DNA of 64,000 nucleotides from an uncultured Brevundimonas sp. (GCF_947305955.1 NZ_CAMZFB010000010.1:2790-66789); one strand, 5' to 3'. Positions 19,943 through 29,585 are shown, counted from the first letter of the stretch. Translations and numbers: made by a program. The notes: generated by a model not told the origin, from the sequence alone.

Positions 19943-20676
19943 GCCTTGTGGTCCAACTCGCTGCGGGCTTCGTCGAACAGGCTGAAAAAGCGTTCGCGAA
20001 CGCCCGCCGCGAAAGGATTGTCGCGCTCGATAGCCTGATAGACGGCGGGGCTGTCGTGGCGAACCATGTCCACGCCCTGCATGACGCGCTCGAAGCTGGC
20101 GGTCGTCATGCGGGTGGGCAGCGGCTCCATGTTCAGCAGCACCTTGGCGATCAGGTGGGTCAGGCCCTGAACCGTCGCGGCCTCGCGGTCGTGATCCTCA
20201 GGGCTGACGTTGAACACCTTGAGGCCCAGTTCCTTGCGGCACCATGCAGCAAGGCGGTGGGCGTCCTTGGCTCCCCTCACCTCGCACACGGCGATGCGCA
20301 GGCCGCTCAAACCTTCCTTGGCCGATTGCGGGCCGAACAACGGGTGGGTGCCGACGATGCGGACGTGTTCGGGCAGCAGGCGCTGCATCGCCTCGGCGGG
20401 TTTCACCTTCACCGAGCCGACATCGATCACCAGTGCGCCATCTGTCAGCAGGGGTGCGATCTCGACAAGCGTTTGCTCCAGCACACCGACAGGAACGGCG
20501 AGGATCACCACCGGACAGCCTGCCGCCTCGGCCAGATCGACCTTGGCGGCATGGTCGTCGCCCTGCGCCATGGCGGGATCAAACGCCCGCACATCGAAAT
20601 GCGCCGACAGATGCTGCGCGGTGAGTTTGCCGAACGCGCCGTAACCGATCAGACCTAAACGCGGACGCTCTCTCAC
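19939..20676 (-). CDS. Prephenate/arogenate dehydrogenase-like protein
   Basis: Motifs GLIGYGAFG, DVGSVKVKP, GTHPLFGP and DHDREAA.VQGLTH. GTG start overlaps the pyrC stop. Confidence 0.85.
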   Translation of the reverse strand: MRERPRLGLIGYGAFGKLTAQHLSAHFDVRAFDPAMAQGDDHAAKVDLAEAAGCPVVILAVPVGVLEQTLVEIAPLLTDGALVIDVGSVKVKPAEAMQRLLPEHVRIVGTHPLFGPQSAKEGLSGLRIAVCEVRGAKDAHRLAAWCRKELGLKVFNVSPEDHDREAATVQGLTHLIAKVLLNMEPLPTRMTTASFERVMQGVDMVRHDSPAVYQAIERDNPFAAGVRERFFSLFDEARSELDHKA

Positions 20677-22019
20677 TTGGCGTCGTTGCCCAGCGTTTCC
20701 TGGAAGCGGACCGGCTGGCCGTGGGCGGTGCCGATCAGTTCGCCGTCCTTCATGACCACGCGGCCACGGATGATGGTAGCAACGGGCCAGCCCTGAACCT
20801 CGCGGCCTTCGAACGGGGTCCAGCCGCAACGGGTGGCCTGTTGGTCGGCGGTGATGGTCTTCTTGGCCTTCATGTCCACGATGGTCAGGTCGGCGTCATA
20901 GCTGACGGCCATACGGCCCTTGTTAGCGGTACCGAAAACGCGCTGTGCCCCACCCGAGGTCAGGTCGATGAAGCGTTCCAGCGTCAGGCGGCCCTTGTTC
21001 ACGTGGTCCAGCATCAGCGGCACCAGCGTCTGCACGCCCGGCATCCCCGACGGCGAGGCCGGATAGGGCTTGGACTTTTCTTCCTTGGTATGCGGCGCGT
21101 GGTCCGAACCCAGCACATCGGCCACGCCCTGCTGGATGCCCCACAACCACAGGGCATCGACGTGCTCCTGCGAGCGGATCGGCGGGTTCATCTGAGCATA
21201 GGCCCCCAGACGCTCATAGGCTTCGGGGCCGACCAGCGTCAGATGCTGCGGGGTGATTTCAACCGTGGCGCAATCCTTGTGGAAGCGCAGGAACTCCATC
21301 TCTTCCTTGGTGGTGACGTGCAGCACGTGGATGCGCGCGCCGGTTTCCTTGGCAAGGTTCACCAGACGGCGGGTCGAGCGGATGGCGCTCTCAGAGTCGC
21401 GCACCTCGGGGTGGCTGGTCCAGTCGCCGGTGCGGGCAAGGCCGCGACGCTCGACCAGACGGTATTCGTCTTCAGAGTGGAAGGTCGCGCGGCGCTTGGT
21501 GTTGGTCAGAACCTTGCGAACGCCCTCGTCGTCGGCGATCAGCAGGTCGCCGGTCGAGGCACCCATGAACACCTTGATACCGCACACACCCGGCAGGCGT
21601 TCCAGCTCGCCCAGATAGTCGGCATTCTCGTGAGTGCCGCCGACGTAAAAGGCGTGGTCGGTCCACATACGGTTATTGGCGCGGGCCAGTTTGTCTTCCA
21701 GCGTCGGCTGGTTGATGGTGTTGGGGTTGGTGTTCGGCATTTCGAACACGGCCACCACACCGCCCAGAGCCGCAGCGCGGCTGCCGGTCTCAAGGTCTTC
21801 CTTCCATTCCAGACCCGGCTCGCGGAAGTGGACCTGGGTGTCGATCACGCCCGGCAGGACCGTCAGCCCCGTGGCGTCGAACACTTCACCCGCGGAGGCT
21901 TGGGACAGGTCACCGATAAAGGCGATCTTGCCGTCGATCACACCGACATCCGCCTTGCCGCGCCCCGCATGGTTCGCCACCTCACCCCCGCGAACGATCA
22001 GGTCATAAGTCTGGGTCAT
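20673..22019 (-). CDS. pyrC: Dihydroorotase
   Basis: Motifs PGVIDTQVHFREPG, EMPNT, GSDHAPH and SGMPGVQT. Confidence 0.9.
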   Translation of the reverse strand: MTQTYDLIVRGGEVANHAGRGKADVGVIDGKIAFIGDLSQASAGEVFDATGLTVLPGVIDTQVHFREPGLEWKEDLETGSRAAALGGVVAVFEMPNTNPNTINQPTLEDKLARANNRMWTDHAFYVGGTHENADYLGELERLPGVCGIKVFMGASTGDLLIADDEGVRKVLTNTKRRATFHSEDEYRLVERRGLARTGDWTSHPEVRDSESAIRSTRRLVNLAKETGARIHVLHVTTKEEMEFLRFHKDCATVEITPQHLTLVGPEAYERLGAYAQMNPPIRSQEHVDALWLWGIQQGVADVLGSDHAPHTKEEKSKPYPASPSGMPGVQTLVPLMLDHVNKGRLTLERFIDLTSGGAQRVFGTANKGRMAVSYDADLTIVDMKAKKTITADQQATRCGWTPFEGREVQGWPVATIIRGRVVMKDGELIGTAHGQPVRFQETLGNDAK

Positions 22020-22131
22020 GGAAGGCGCTCCGACGGGAAGGATTACAGTCGGACGGTCTTCTACGCTTTATGGGTGGTGAGTGAAAGCTGCAGTCCGGAT
22101 TACGTGGCGTGCGACTATCTTGAGCTGTTCA

Positions 22132-22719
22132 TCAAGAGTCGTGATAGCCCAGCCACGGCTCCAGAAACTCGAAGGTGCGGTCCATGGCGAAGGTCGAGCT
22201 GAGCGGCAGGGATATGTGACCGTATTTAATGGATATCTGGCGCTCGGCGGCCTCTTCACCGCCGCGTTCGACAGCGGCGACATAGAGGGCGGAGGCCAGT
22301 CCGCTACGGTCCGATCCGGCCTTGCAATGGATAAGAACCGGCTGTTCCGCGCCCTCCAGCACTTTGACCAGAGCCTTGGCTTCTTCCGAAGATAACTCGC
22401 GGTTCGCAGACATGCGGAAATCGATATGGGTCAGGCCCAGACGTTCCGATGTTTTGATCTCTTCGTCATACCACTTCGCGCCTTCGTTCGGGCCGCGCAA
22501 ATTGATGACCGTCTTGATGCCATAGGCCTTTTGATAGCGGTCCAGATCATCGCCCATAGGCTGTGCCGACCGATAGGCCTTGCCCTCCACAACCGGATGG
22601 AAGTTTCCGCTGATCTGCAGACCTTGCAGATATCCCAAGGTAAACACCACTCCGGCCACGGCCACACCGACAATCGATCGGACGGCAACCTTGCGTCCAG
22701 AGGCCTTGGGCATTGTCAT
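22132..22719 (-). CDS. Membrane-anchored tyrosine/dual-specificity phosphatase family protein
   Basis: CX5R loop HCKAGSDRSG, plus YRSAQP and VINLRG. N-terminal TM. Confidence 0.85.
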   Translation of the reverse strand: MTMPKASGRKVAVRSIVGVAVAGVVFTLGYLQGLQISGNFHPVVEGKAYRSAQPMGDDLDRYQKAYGIKTVINLRGPNEGAKWYDEEIKTSERLGLTHIDFRMSANRELSSEEAKALVKVLEGAEQPVLIHCKAGSDRSGLASALYVAAVERGGEEAAERQISIKYGHISLPLSSTFAMDRTFEFLEPWLGYHDS

Positions 22720-22876
22720 GGCGGGGGTCCATCATCTCGATCGCACAGCGCGCCCAAGAACAGTTAGACCTCGCAACGGCCACGTCAATCGCGTTGGGCG
22801 CACGCCGACCTCGCCGCCGCCCCGAGGTGGACGAATATTCATTTGCCCTCGCCGCCACTGTGAAAGACGATCCGCT

Positions 22877-24049
22877 ATGGCCCGTTTTCTGGTTTGCACC
22901 GCGTTTGCGGCATCGCTCGTCTTCATCCCTGCGGCAGTCCTTGCCCAAAGCGTGGAACAGTTTCGGGACGACGCCCTGTCGATCGACCGACTGATCGACG
23001 AGAACTATGCCTATCTGGACCGCTTTACGGGTGGCAAAGCCCCGAGCAGCGAGCGACTGAGTTCCGAAGCGGCGCGCGTGACGGATGGCGGCACCCTGCT
23101 TCGGTATGCAGAACGTCGGCTGGCCTCGCTGGCGGACCACCACGCCATTACGGGCAGTTCCTTCAGCAACAGTTGGGCGCTGGTGCCCAGCTATTCGGAC
23201 CTGTGGATCGAACATGACGGCGAACGCTTCGTCGTCACCGCCGTGCGGGACGACAGCCCCGCCTCACAGGCCGGTATCAAGGTGGGTGATGCCGTGCTGG
23301 AAATCGGTGGCCGGTCCACAACCCTCGCGGTTCAGGACTTCTGGAACGATCTGGGGATGGACATTCCACCGGACGGCCTCGGCTTCGCGGCGCGCGTACT
23401 TGCGGCGGGCCGACGGGACAGCGCCAGAACCTTGACCCTTACCAGTGGTCATGACAATCCGCGCACGGTGACGCTGGCGTCGCTCTATGCCGAAAACCGT
23501 CCCGCCCGCGATGCGCTTTCCGTATCGCGCGGAGCAGACGGACTGACTATCCGCATCAACGACTCCCTTGGCGATCAGGCGACGATTGCGGCCTTTGACG
23601 CAGCGATGGCGCAGGCGGATCAAGGCGAAACCGTCATCCTTGACCTGCGCGACACGCCCAGCGGCGGCAATACGGTTATCGCCCGAGCCCTGATGGGATG
23701 GTTCGTCACCGAAGCCCGCCCCTACCAGATGCACCGAAACGTAGCCGAGGAGCGCCGCACCTCCATCCCGCGCCAATGGATCGAACAGGTTCTGCCCCGC
23801 GAGGGAAAACACCATGACGGCCCCGTCAAAGTCCTCGTTGGCCGTTGGACCGGAAGCATGGGCGAAGGTCTGGCCGTCGGCTTCGATGCGCTGGGCGCGC
23901 AGGTGCGGGGGTGCCCGATGGCAGGCCTTCTAGGCGCAATCTATGACTATCGGCTGGAACATTCCGGCCTCGTCATCAAACTGCCCGCCGAACGCCTTTC
24001 GTCCGTATCAGGCACACCGCGCGAACACTTCACCTGCGCTCCGCTGTGA
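22877..24049 (+). CDS. S41-family (tail-specific) peptidase with PDZ domain
   Basis: Signal peptide, PDZ (DDSPASQAGIKVGD), LDLRDTPSGG and TGSMGEG. Start placed at ATG 22877. Confidence 0.82.
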   Translation: MARFLVCTAFAASLVFIPAAVLAQSVEQFRDDALSIDRLIDENYAYLDRFTGGKAPSSERLSSEAARVTDGGTLLRYAERRLASLADHHAITGSSFSNSWALVPSYSDLWIEHDGERFVVTAVRDDSPASQAGIKVGDAVLEIGGRSTTLAVQDFWNDLGMDIPPDGLGFAARVLAAGRRDSARTLTLTSGHDNPRTVTLASLYAENRPARDALSVSRGADGLTIRINDSLGDQATIAAFDAAMAQADQGETVILDLRDTPSGGNTVIARALMGWFVTEARPYQMHRNVAEERRTSIPRQWIEQVLPREGKHHDGPVKVLVGRWTGSMGEGLAVGFDALGAQVRGCPMAGLLGAIYDYRLEHSGLVIKLPAERLSSVSGTPREHFTCAPL

Positions 24050-24073
24050 GACGTTCAGGCACAGCCCGAAGTC

Positions 24074-25030
24074 CTACTCCGCCATTTCCGCCAGCATCTT
24101 CAGCGTCTTTTTCAGGACGCGGTCGGCGGGGAGGTCCATCATGTGCTGGATATGCTGGTTCAGGCGGGGGTCCAGCTCTTTGTATTCTTCAAGGGTGCGC
24201 GGGCCGCGGACGGCGATGCCGGTCCACGGACGGCGGCGCTTGTCGTCGGACGGGCCGAACACGCCCACCGTCGGGACGCCTGCGGCCACGGCCAGCTGGG
24301 TCCAGACCGAGTCCGCACCGATGAACAGATTGGCATGGCGAAGAGCCGCCGCCGTCTGCAGGCGGGTCAGCTTGCCCTGAAGCTCGATCACGCGGTCACG
24401 GCTGACGGCGAAACGGATGGTGTGGGCGGCGTCACGGTCGGCTTCCTCGCCCACGATCATCAGACGGCCACCGGCCAGCGGACCATCGGGGGCCAGCAGC
24501 GGCGCGGCCACCTTGGCATAGCGTTCGGCCGGCCAGCGCTTGCCGATCCAGTCCACGCCCGGACCGATGGCCAGAATGGGCTCGTCCCCACGCGGGATAA
24601 AGCTGTCGGCGATGGCTTGGGTCGCCTCGCTGATGAACAATTTGGGTGCGGGGATTTCGTCCAACTGCAGCAGACGTGCGGCCTCTTCGACCGCGTGGAC
24701 ACCGGGGATGGTACCCTGTTTCACCGCGCGGCGCTGGCGGCGCAGCTTGCCCGAGATGGTCGAGCCACGCTGGTCCACCACAAGGCCCCAGTTGGTGTCG
24801 CGCACCTGGTTCCACAGCGAGATCCAGTCCCAGCGCCCGTCCTTGTCCAGAACCAGCAGGCGGCGCAGGCGTGGCATGTCCGCAAACAGCGGCGCAGACG
24901 CGGCAGATCCCACCACGGTAAAGTCCGCATGGGGCACCATTTCCACCAGATGCGCCAGCACGCCCGAAGAGAGGATGGCCTCTTCAGGATCGGCTTCGGC
25001 GATATACAGGATCGGAAAACGCCCGCTCAT
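24074..25030 (-). CDS. Glycosyltransferase family 9 (heptosyltransferase-like)
   Basis: Motifs GKRWPAERY, ANLFIGADS and GVPTVGVFGPS. Confidence 0.85.
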   Translation of the reverse strand: MSGRFPILYIAEADPEEAILSSGVLAHLVEMVPHADFTVVGSAASAPLFADMPRLRRLLVLDKDGRWDWISLWNQVRDTNWGLVVDQRGSTISGKLRRQRRAVKQGTIPGVHAVEEAARLLQLDEIPAPKLFISEATQAIADSFIPRGDEPILAIGPGVDWIGKRWPAERYAKVAAPLLAPDGPLAGGRLMIVGEEADRDAAHTIRFAVSRDRVIELQGKLTRLQTAAALRHANLFIGADSVWTQLAVAAGVPTVGVFGPSDDKRRRPWTGIAVRGPRTLEEYKELDPRLNQHIQHMMDLPADRVLKKTLKMLAEMAE

Positions 25031-25198
25031 AATGCCTGTCTAACGGGATTCTCTCGGCGTTTCAGCGTTCAGGCGCTGAAATGTGCGTTATTCCGCGACT
25101 ATTCACGCAAATAGCAGGGCCGATTATCGCAGGTGGCTGTCGCGGGCTGGGTTGCTCGGGCATCATCGCGATGATGGCTATGGAAAGGTGAAGATGGT

Positions 25199-25741
25199 CT
25201 AGGGCGCTTGCTTGTAAGCGCTCACCGCAGTTGTCCAAGCTTCTAAAACTGGAACAAGAGCGTACAAACTCAACTCTTCCCCCTTGAGGATTACGCTCAA
25301 GAGGTTAGCGCACGTATAGTCGTCACAATCCGTATAGAGTTCAAGTTTGTCTCTTGTGGCCTCCGCGTTCCTTTTCAAGTCGCGACCGCGGGAGACGTCG
25401 TGATACCACTCGTCCTCATGTTTCCAGTAATTGGCTCCTTGCCAAATCGCATGCACATGAGTGCCGCAATCAGTGACATTTTCTCCTAACTTCAGAGCAA
25501 CATCTCGTTCCAACCCTTCGGCCAAATAAACCGTCTGGATATATCTCTGGGCGGCAACGAAGCCGATGCCAATGAGATATTCTCCTCGTTCTAAGAGGCC
25601 GGCACTTTCAGGATCTGCGCTAAGCTTGATTGCCGCATTAATGGGCAGGAGTGCGGAATCCAGAAACTTCAAATGGGTAGCTAAGCTAGACAGTTCGCCA
25701 ATCACCAAAATATTCACTTCAGCCCCCACCTTGCCAAGCAT
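25199..25741 (-). CDS. Hypothetical protein, AT-richer than the host
   Basis: 180-codon ORF with atypical codons and the motif ANYWKHEDEW. Start uncertain. Confidence 0.65.
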   Translation of the reverse strand: MLGKVGAEVNILVIGELSSLATHLKFLDSALLPINAAIKLSADPESAGLLERGEYLIGIGFVAAQRYIQTVYLAEGLERDVALKLGENVTDCGTHVHAIWQGANYWKHEDEWYHDVSRGRDLKRNAEATRDKLELYTDCDDYTCANLLSVILKGEELSLYALVPVLEAWTTAVSAYKQAP

Positions 25742-25786
25742 CTGTGCTTAGTGACGTAGACACTGAACCATCCCTGAAAAATCACA

Positions 25787-26332
25787 ATGTCCCTGCCCCT
25801 ACTTCCTGACCGCGATTGCGGTGGCTGCGTCGAGTGCTGCCGTTATATCCCGCTGGACCTGCCCGAGCTGGCCAAGCCGACGGGGCAGCTGTGCCACTAT
25901 TGCGTCGACGGGTCGGGGTGTTCGGTGCATGCCATCCGTCCGCAGACCTGCCGCATCTGGTTCTGTCTGTGGCGGGCGGTGGAGCTGTCGGATGACTGGC
26001 GGCCGGACCGCAGCGGCGTGATCGTGCGCCCCGATGGCGTGCAGGAAGGGGTCATCACCCTCTATGTTATCCGCCCAAGCGAGTTTCTGGCGACCGAAGA
26101 CTTCTTTGCCACCGTCGCCCATTGGGTGGCCGAGGGCATCCAGATCGCCCTGTCGGTACCGGGACCTGAAGGCACCTATCCGGTGCGGGCGGTGGTGACC
26201 GACTATCTGCGCCCGTCCATCGAGGACGGCGATATGGAAGCCTTTGTCACCCACCTGTTCGCAGCGCTGGACAGCTTGTCGGCATCGGATTTCCAGCCCG
26301 ACGGCATCACCGCCCGTTACGAAGTCGCCTGA
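25787..26332 (+). CDS. YkgJ-like Cys-cluster (Fe-S/Zn) protein
   Basis: Cys pattern CGGCVECC...C..C...GC..HAIRPQTCR..FC. Confidence 0.75.
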   Translation: MSLPLLPDRDCGGCVECCRYIPLDLPELAKPTGQLCHYCVDGSGCSVHAIRPQTCRIWFCLWRAVELSDDWRPDRSGVIVRPDGVQEGVITLYVIRPSEFLATEDFFATVAHWVAEGIQIALSVPGPEGTYPVRAVVTDYLRPSIEDGDMEAFVTHLFAALDSLSASDFQPDGITARYEVA

Positions 26333-26372
26333 CGGCCTTCATTTCGGGCGGAACGCGGCCTATCTGAAGCCC

Positions 26373-27167
26373 ATGCCTATCGCCCGACTGAACAGCCGCG
26401 CCGTCATCACCGTCATCGGCCCCGACGCCCGCCACTTCCTCAACAACCTGCTGACGCAGAATGTCGAGACGCTGGAGGCGGGTGCCTTGCGGTTCGGTGC
26501 GCTGCTGACGCCGCAGGGGCGGCTGATGCTGGACCTGTTCCTTTGGGGCAAGGACGACGGCGTGTGGCTGGACGTTCCCGCCGACGCCCGCGACGCATTG
26601 GTGCAGCGCCTGTCCATGTACAAGCTGCGGGCCGATGTTCAGATCGCCGCATCCGATGCGGGCGTGTTCGTGGCATGGGACGAAGCGCCCGAAGGCTTTA
26701 GCCCTGATCCGCGCCTTGAGGGGCTGGGCCATCGCGCCATCGGCTTTGACGGGGCCACCACCGCATCCGAAGAGGACTGGCACGCGCACCGCGCCGCGCT
26801 GTGCGTGGTCGAGGCCGCGTTCGACGCGCCCAAGGACAAGATCTATCCGATCGAAGCGAACTTCGACCTGATGAACGGCATCGACTTCCACAAGGGCTGT
26901 TTCGTCGGTCAGGAAACGACCTCGCGCATGAAGCGTCGCGGCACGATCAAGAACCGCATCCTGCCCTTCACCTATGACGGCGATGCTCCTGCCGTGGGCG
27001 CCGAGGTGCTGAACGGCGAACTGCGCGCAGGCGAGGTGACCAGCGCCGCAAACGGGCACGGCATGGCGATGATGCGTCTGGACCGGATGGACGGCGTGCT
27101 GACGGTCGATGGCAAGCCGGTTGTCGTGAACCGACCCGATTGGGTCCCCGCCCTTCCCTCAGAATAA
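26373..27167 (+). CDS. ygfZ: Folate-binding Fe-S repair protein YgfZ
   Basis: Signature KGCFVGQE, plus LLTPQGR and LSMYKLRA. Confidence 0.92.
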   Translation: MPIARLNSRAVITVIGPDARHFLNNLLTQNVETLEAGALRFGALLTPQGRLMLDLFLWGKDDGVWLDVPADARDALVQRLSMYKLRADVQIAASDAGVFVAWDEAPEGFSPDPRLEGLGHRAIGFDGATTASEEDWHAHRAALCVVEAAFDAPKDKIYPIEANFDLMNGIDFHKGCFVGQETTSRMKRRGTIKNRILPFTYDGDAPAVGAEVLNGELRAGEVTSAANGHGMAMMRLDRMDGVLTVDGKPVVVNRPDWVPALPSE

Positions 27168-27173
27168 ACCCAG

Positions 27174-27329
27174 CCCGCGTCGGGTCGGGAGATCCCGAAG
27201 GGTCGACGACCGCGGGCAACTCAAAATGCCCCGCGTCGGGTCGGGAGGTCCCGAAGGGCCGACGATCGCGGGCGAACTTAAAACGCCCCGCGTCGGGTCG
27301 GGAGATCCCGAAGGGTCGACGATCGCGGG
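27174..27329. repeat. Three tandem 43-bp structured repeats (period 56-57 bp)
   Basis: Unit CCCGCGTCGGGTCGGGAG(A/G)TCCCGAAGGG(T/C)CGACGA(C/T)CGCGGG at 27174, 27230 and 27287, separated by 13-14 nt A-rich linkers. Confidence 0.95.
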
Positions 27330-27356
27330 CGACATAAACACCCTCTTGCCAAACCG

Positions 27357-27371
27357 GAACATTCTGGCAAC
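27357..27371 (+). promoter_or_regulatory. Degenerate alphaproteobacterial LexA box upstream of tag
   Basis: GAAC-attctgg-CAAC, one mismatch to GAAC-N7-GAAC, 8 nt before the ATG. Confidence 0.5.
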
Positions 27372-27379
27372 ATTGTTCC

Positions 27380-27967
27380 ATGACCGATGCCACACTGTCC
27401 CGCTGCAAATGGTGCGGCACCGACCCGCTCTATGTCGAATACCATGACACAGAATGGGGCGTGCCCGAGTACGACAGCCGCGCCCTGTGGGAAAAGCTGG
27501 TGCTGGACGGGATGCAGGCGGGGCTGGCGTGGATCACCATCCTGAGAAAGCGCGAGGGCATTCGCGACGCCTTCGCCAATTTCGATCCGGACAAGGTCGC
27601 CGCCTTTGACGAGGCCGACATCGAACGGCTGCTGAACGATGCCCGCATCATCCGCAGCCGATCAAAGATTATAGCCGCCATCGAGAGCGCCCGCCTGTTC
27701 GTGCAGATGCGCGATAATGGCGAGGACTTCAGCCAATATCTGTGGTCGTTCGTCGGCGGCAAACCGATCCAGAACGTCCTGATCGAAGGCGAGCCCTATC
27801 CGACGCAGAGCCTTGAGAGCGTCGCCATGTCCAAGGCCCTGAAGAAGCGCGGCTTCAAATTCGTCGGCCCCGTGATCGTCTATGCCTTCATGCAAGCCGT
27901 CGGCATGGTCAACGACCACATGATCACCTGCTTCCGGCATAGCGAGGTCAGCGAGGCCGACGCCTGA
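27380..27967 (+). CDS. tag: DNA-3-methyladenine glycosylase I
   Basis: Motifs RCKW, YHDTEWG, QAGLAWITILRKRE, GFKFVGP and GMVNDH...C. Confidence 0.96.
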   Translation: MTDATLSRCKWCGTDPLYVEYHDTEWGVPEYDSRALWEKLVLDGMQAGLAWITILRKREGIRDAFANFDPDKVAAFDEADIERLLNDARIIRSRSKIIAAIESARLFVQMRDNGEDFSQYLWSFVGGKPIQNVLIEGEPYPTQSLESVAMSKALKKRGFKFVGPVIVYAFMQAVGMVNDHMITCFRHSEVSEADA

Positions 27968-28753
27968 TCAACAGGTCGGGATATTGGGCATGTCCACAGC
28001 GTCATAGACCTCGCCCACCTTGGCGTATGTGACGGTGGCGTTCATGTCGCCTGAATAGCGGACGCGCAGGGTGCGGCCCTTTTCGCCCGCCAGAATACGG
28101 CCCTCGACGTCGGTGGCTTCATGCTCATCACGCGCGCCGCCGTCGCTGTAGGATAACGGGAGCTGGTTGATGCGTTTGACCGGCTTTTCCGGCGTCAGTT
28201 CGATCACATCCGCCCAGCCACAGGTGTAGCCCTGCCACGTCCCACCCGCCGTCGCGACCAGCGTCGGGGCGTTCATCAGGTCATGGCGGATATCCCACTT
28301 CGGCGGATTGCCCCAGCTTCCCGAATAGATGAAGGCCGGCCATGCACCGACGCGCTCGAACCCCTCGACGGTGCGCTTCAGATAGTGGATGGCCAGCGAG
28401 CCCGCACTGACGTGGGCCTCGCCGCCCTGACCGTCGGTGATCAGGGCATAGAGGTTGGTGCCGATGGGGATCAGCTTGGAGGCGCTATAGGTCTGGGCCT
28501 CTTCATCGGCCTTTTTCGGACGGTAGTGCACAGGCGATCCCTGCCCCCATGCCGCGCGGAAGGCCGCAGCCTTGGTCTGCGCATCATCAACATTTACCGG
28601 TGTCAGGGCCGCTTCGGGTGGGGCAGCAGCAGCATTGGCGGTCGCTTCCGCAACGGCAGCAGGCGGCGCAGCGGGTGGCGTTGCCGGTTGATTGTCACAC
28701 GCCCCTGCCAGCGCGATCACCAACGCGCCCAAACCTGCTGTACCGTAACGCAT
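27968..28753 (-). CDS. Hypothetical lipoprotein
   Basis: Lipobox LAGA-C, Ala/Pro linker and a globular C-terminal domain. Confidence 0.7.
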   Translation of the reverse strand: MRYGTAGLGALVIALAGACDNQPATPPAAPPAAVAEATANAAAAPPEAALTPVNVDDAQTKAAAFRAAWGQGSPVHYRPKKADEEAQTYSASKLIPIGTNLYALITDGQGGEAHVSAGSLAIHYLKRTVEGFERVGAWPAFIYSGSWGNPPKWDIRHDLMNAPTLVATAGGTWQGYTCGWADVIELTPEKPVKRINQLPLSYSDGGARDEHEATDVEGRILAGEKGRTLRVRYSGDMNATVTYAKVGEVYDAVDMPNIPTC

Positions 28754-28823
28754 GATCCGATCCCTCCTAACCTCGAAAGGGATATGACCCGCTTGGCGCG
28801 TTCGCTTCAAGAGCGAACAACGG

Positions 28824-29477
28824 TCAACGACACACGCGGCGGGCAGACAGGTCTGTGGTCAGGCTTACCACCGTAAACACCGCCATGACCCCGATGGCGA
28901 ACAACAGCGCCTCGATCCCCAGCCGCTCAAAGCAAAAGGCCCCGAGGACCGCCCCACAGGTCAGGCCCGCCCACAGTAGAAAGAACGGCACCCAGCCCCA
29001 GCGGTCACCACCGCACAGGGCCACGGTGATCCGCTTGCCCATCTTGACCAGCGTGCCCGTCATATAGGTCAGGCCCACACGCACATCGCCGTCCTCGGCA
29101 AAGATGGTGTTCTCGGCCCCCATGGCCATGGCCAGCGGCACAGCCAGCCACAGCCCTGCCCCTGCACCATGCAGCGCATAGGCCAAGGCGAGCAGGCAGG
29201 TGACCAGAGCCAGAATGGCTGTCCGTCGCCAGCCCCCTGCCAGCCTTCCGGCCAGACCACCGATCACCACGCCGAATACGAATGACGCCAGCAGCACCCC
29301 CGCCAGCCCCACCGTCGGATGTCCATGCGCCAGCCCGATGCCCAGCCGCGTGGAGTTGCCACTCATGAACGAGACGAAAAATCCGCCCGTCGTCAGAAAG
29401 CCCAGCGAGTCCACAAAACCCGCCACGGCCGCAAAACAGATCGCCAGCGCCCGTGATTTGCCATCCAGTCGAACCAT
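28824..29477 (-). CDS. YoaK/DUF1275 family membrane protein
   Basis: Motifs AGFVD...F...FVSFMSGNST, AMGAEN and TYMTGTL. Confidence 0.88.
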   Translation of the reverse strand: MVRLDGKSRALAICFAAVAGFVDSLGFLTTGGFFVSFMSGNSTRLGIGLAHGHPTVGLAGVLLASFVFGVVIGGLAGRLAGGWRRTAILALVTCLLALAYALHGAGAGLWLAVPLAMAMGAENTIFAEDGDVRVGLTYMTGTLVKMGKRITVALCGGDRWGWVPFFLLWAGLTCGAVLGAFCFERLGIEALLFAIGVMAVFTVVSLTTDLSARRVCR

Positions 29478-29585
29478 GGCCTTATTCAACCCCCTCAGGG
29501 CCAAGCTTGTCCACGGGCGTAAATGTCCACATCCGCTAAAGCCCAACGGCTTTGAAAATCGGACGGCTCAGATCATACAGGGCAG

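Noticed and set aside
27174-27329. CRISPR array or type III toxin-antitoxin repeat interpretation of the triple repeat
   Set aside because: Linkers are only 13-14 nt and resemble each other. There are no cas genes, and the downstream gene is tag, not a toxin.
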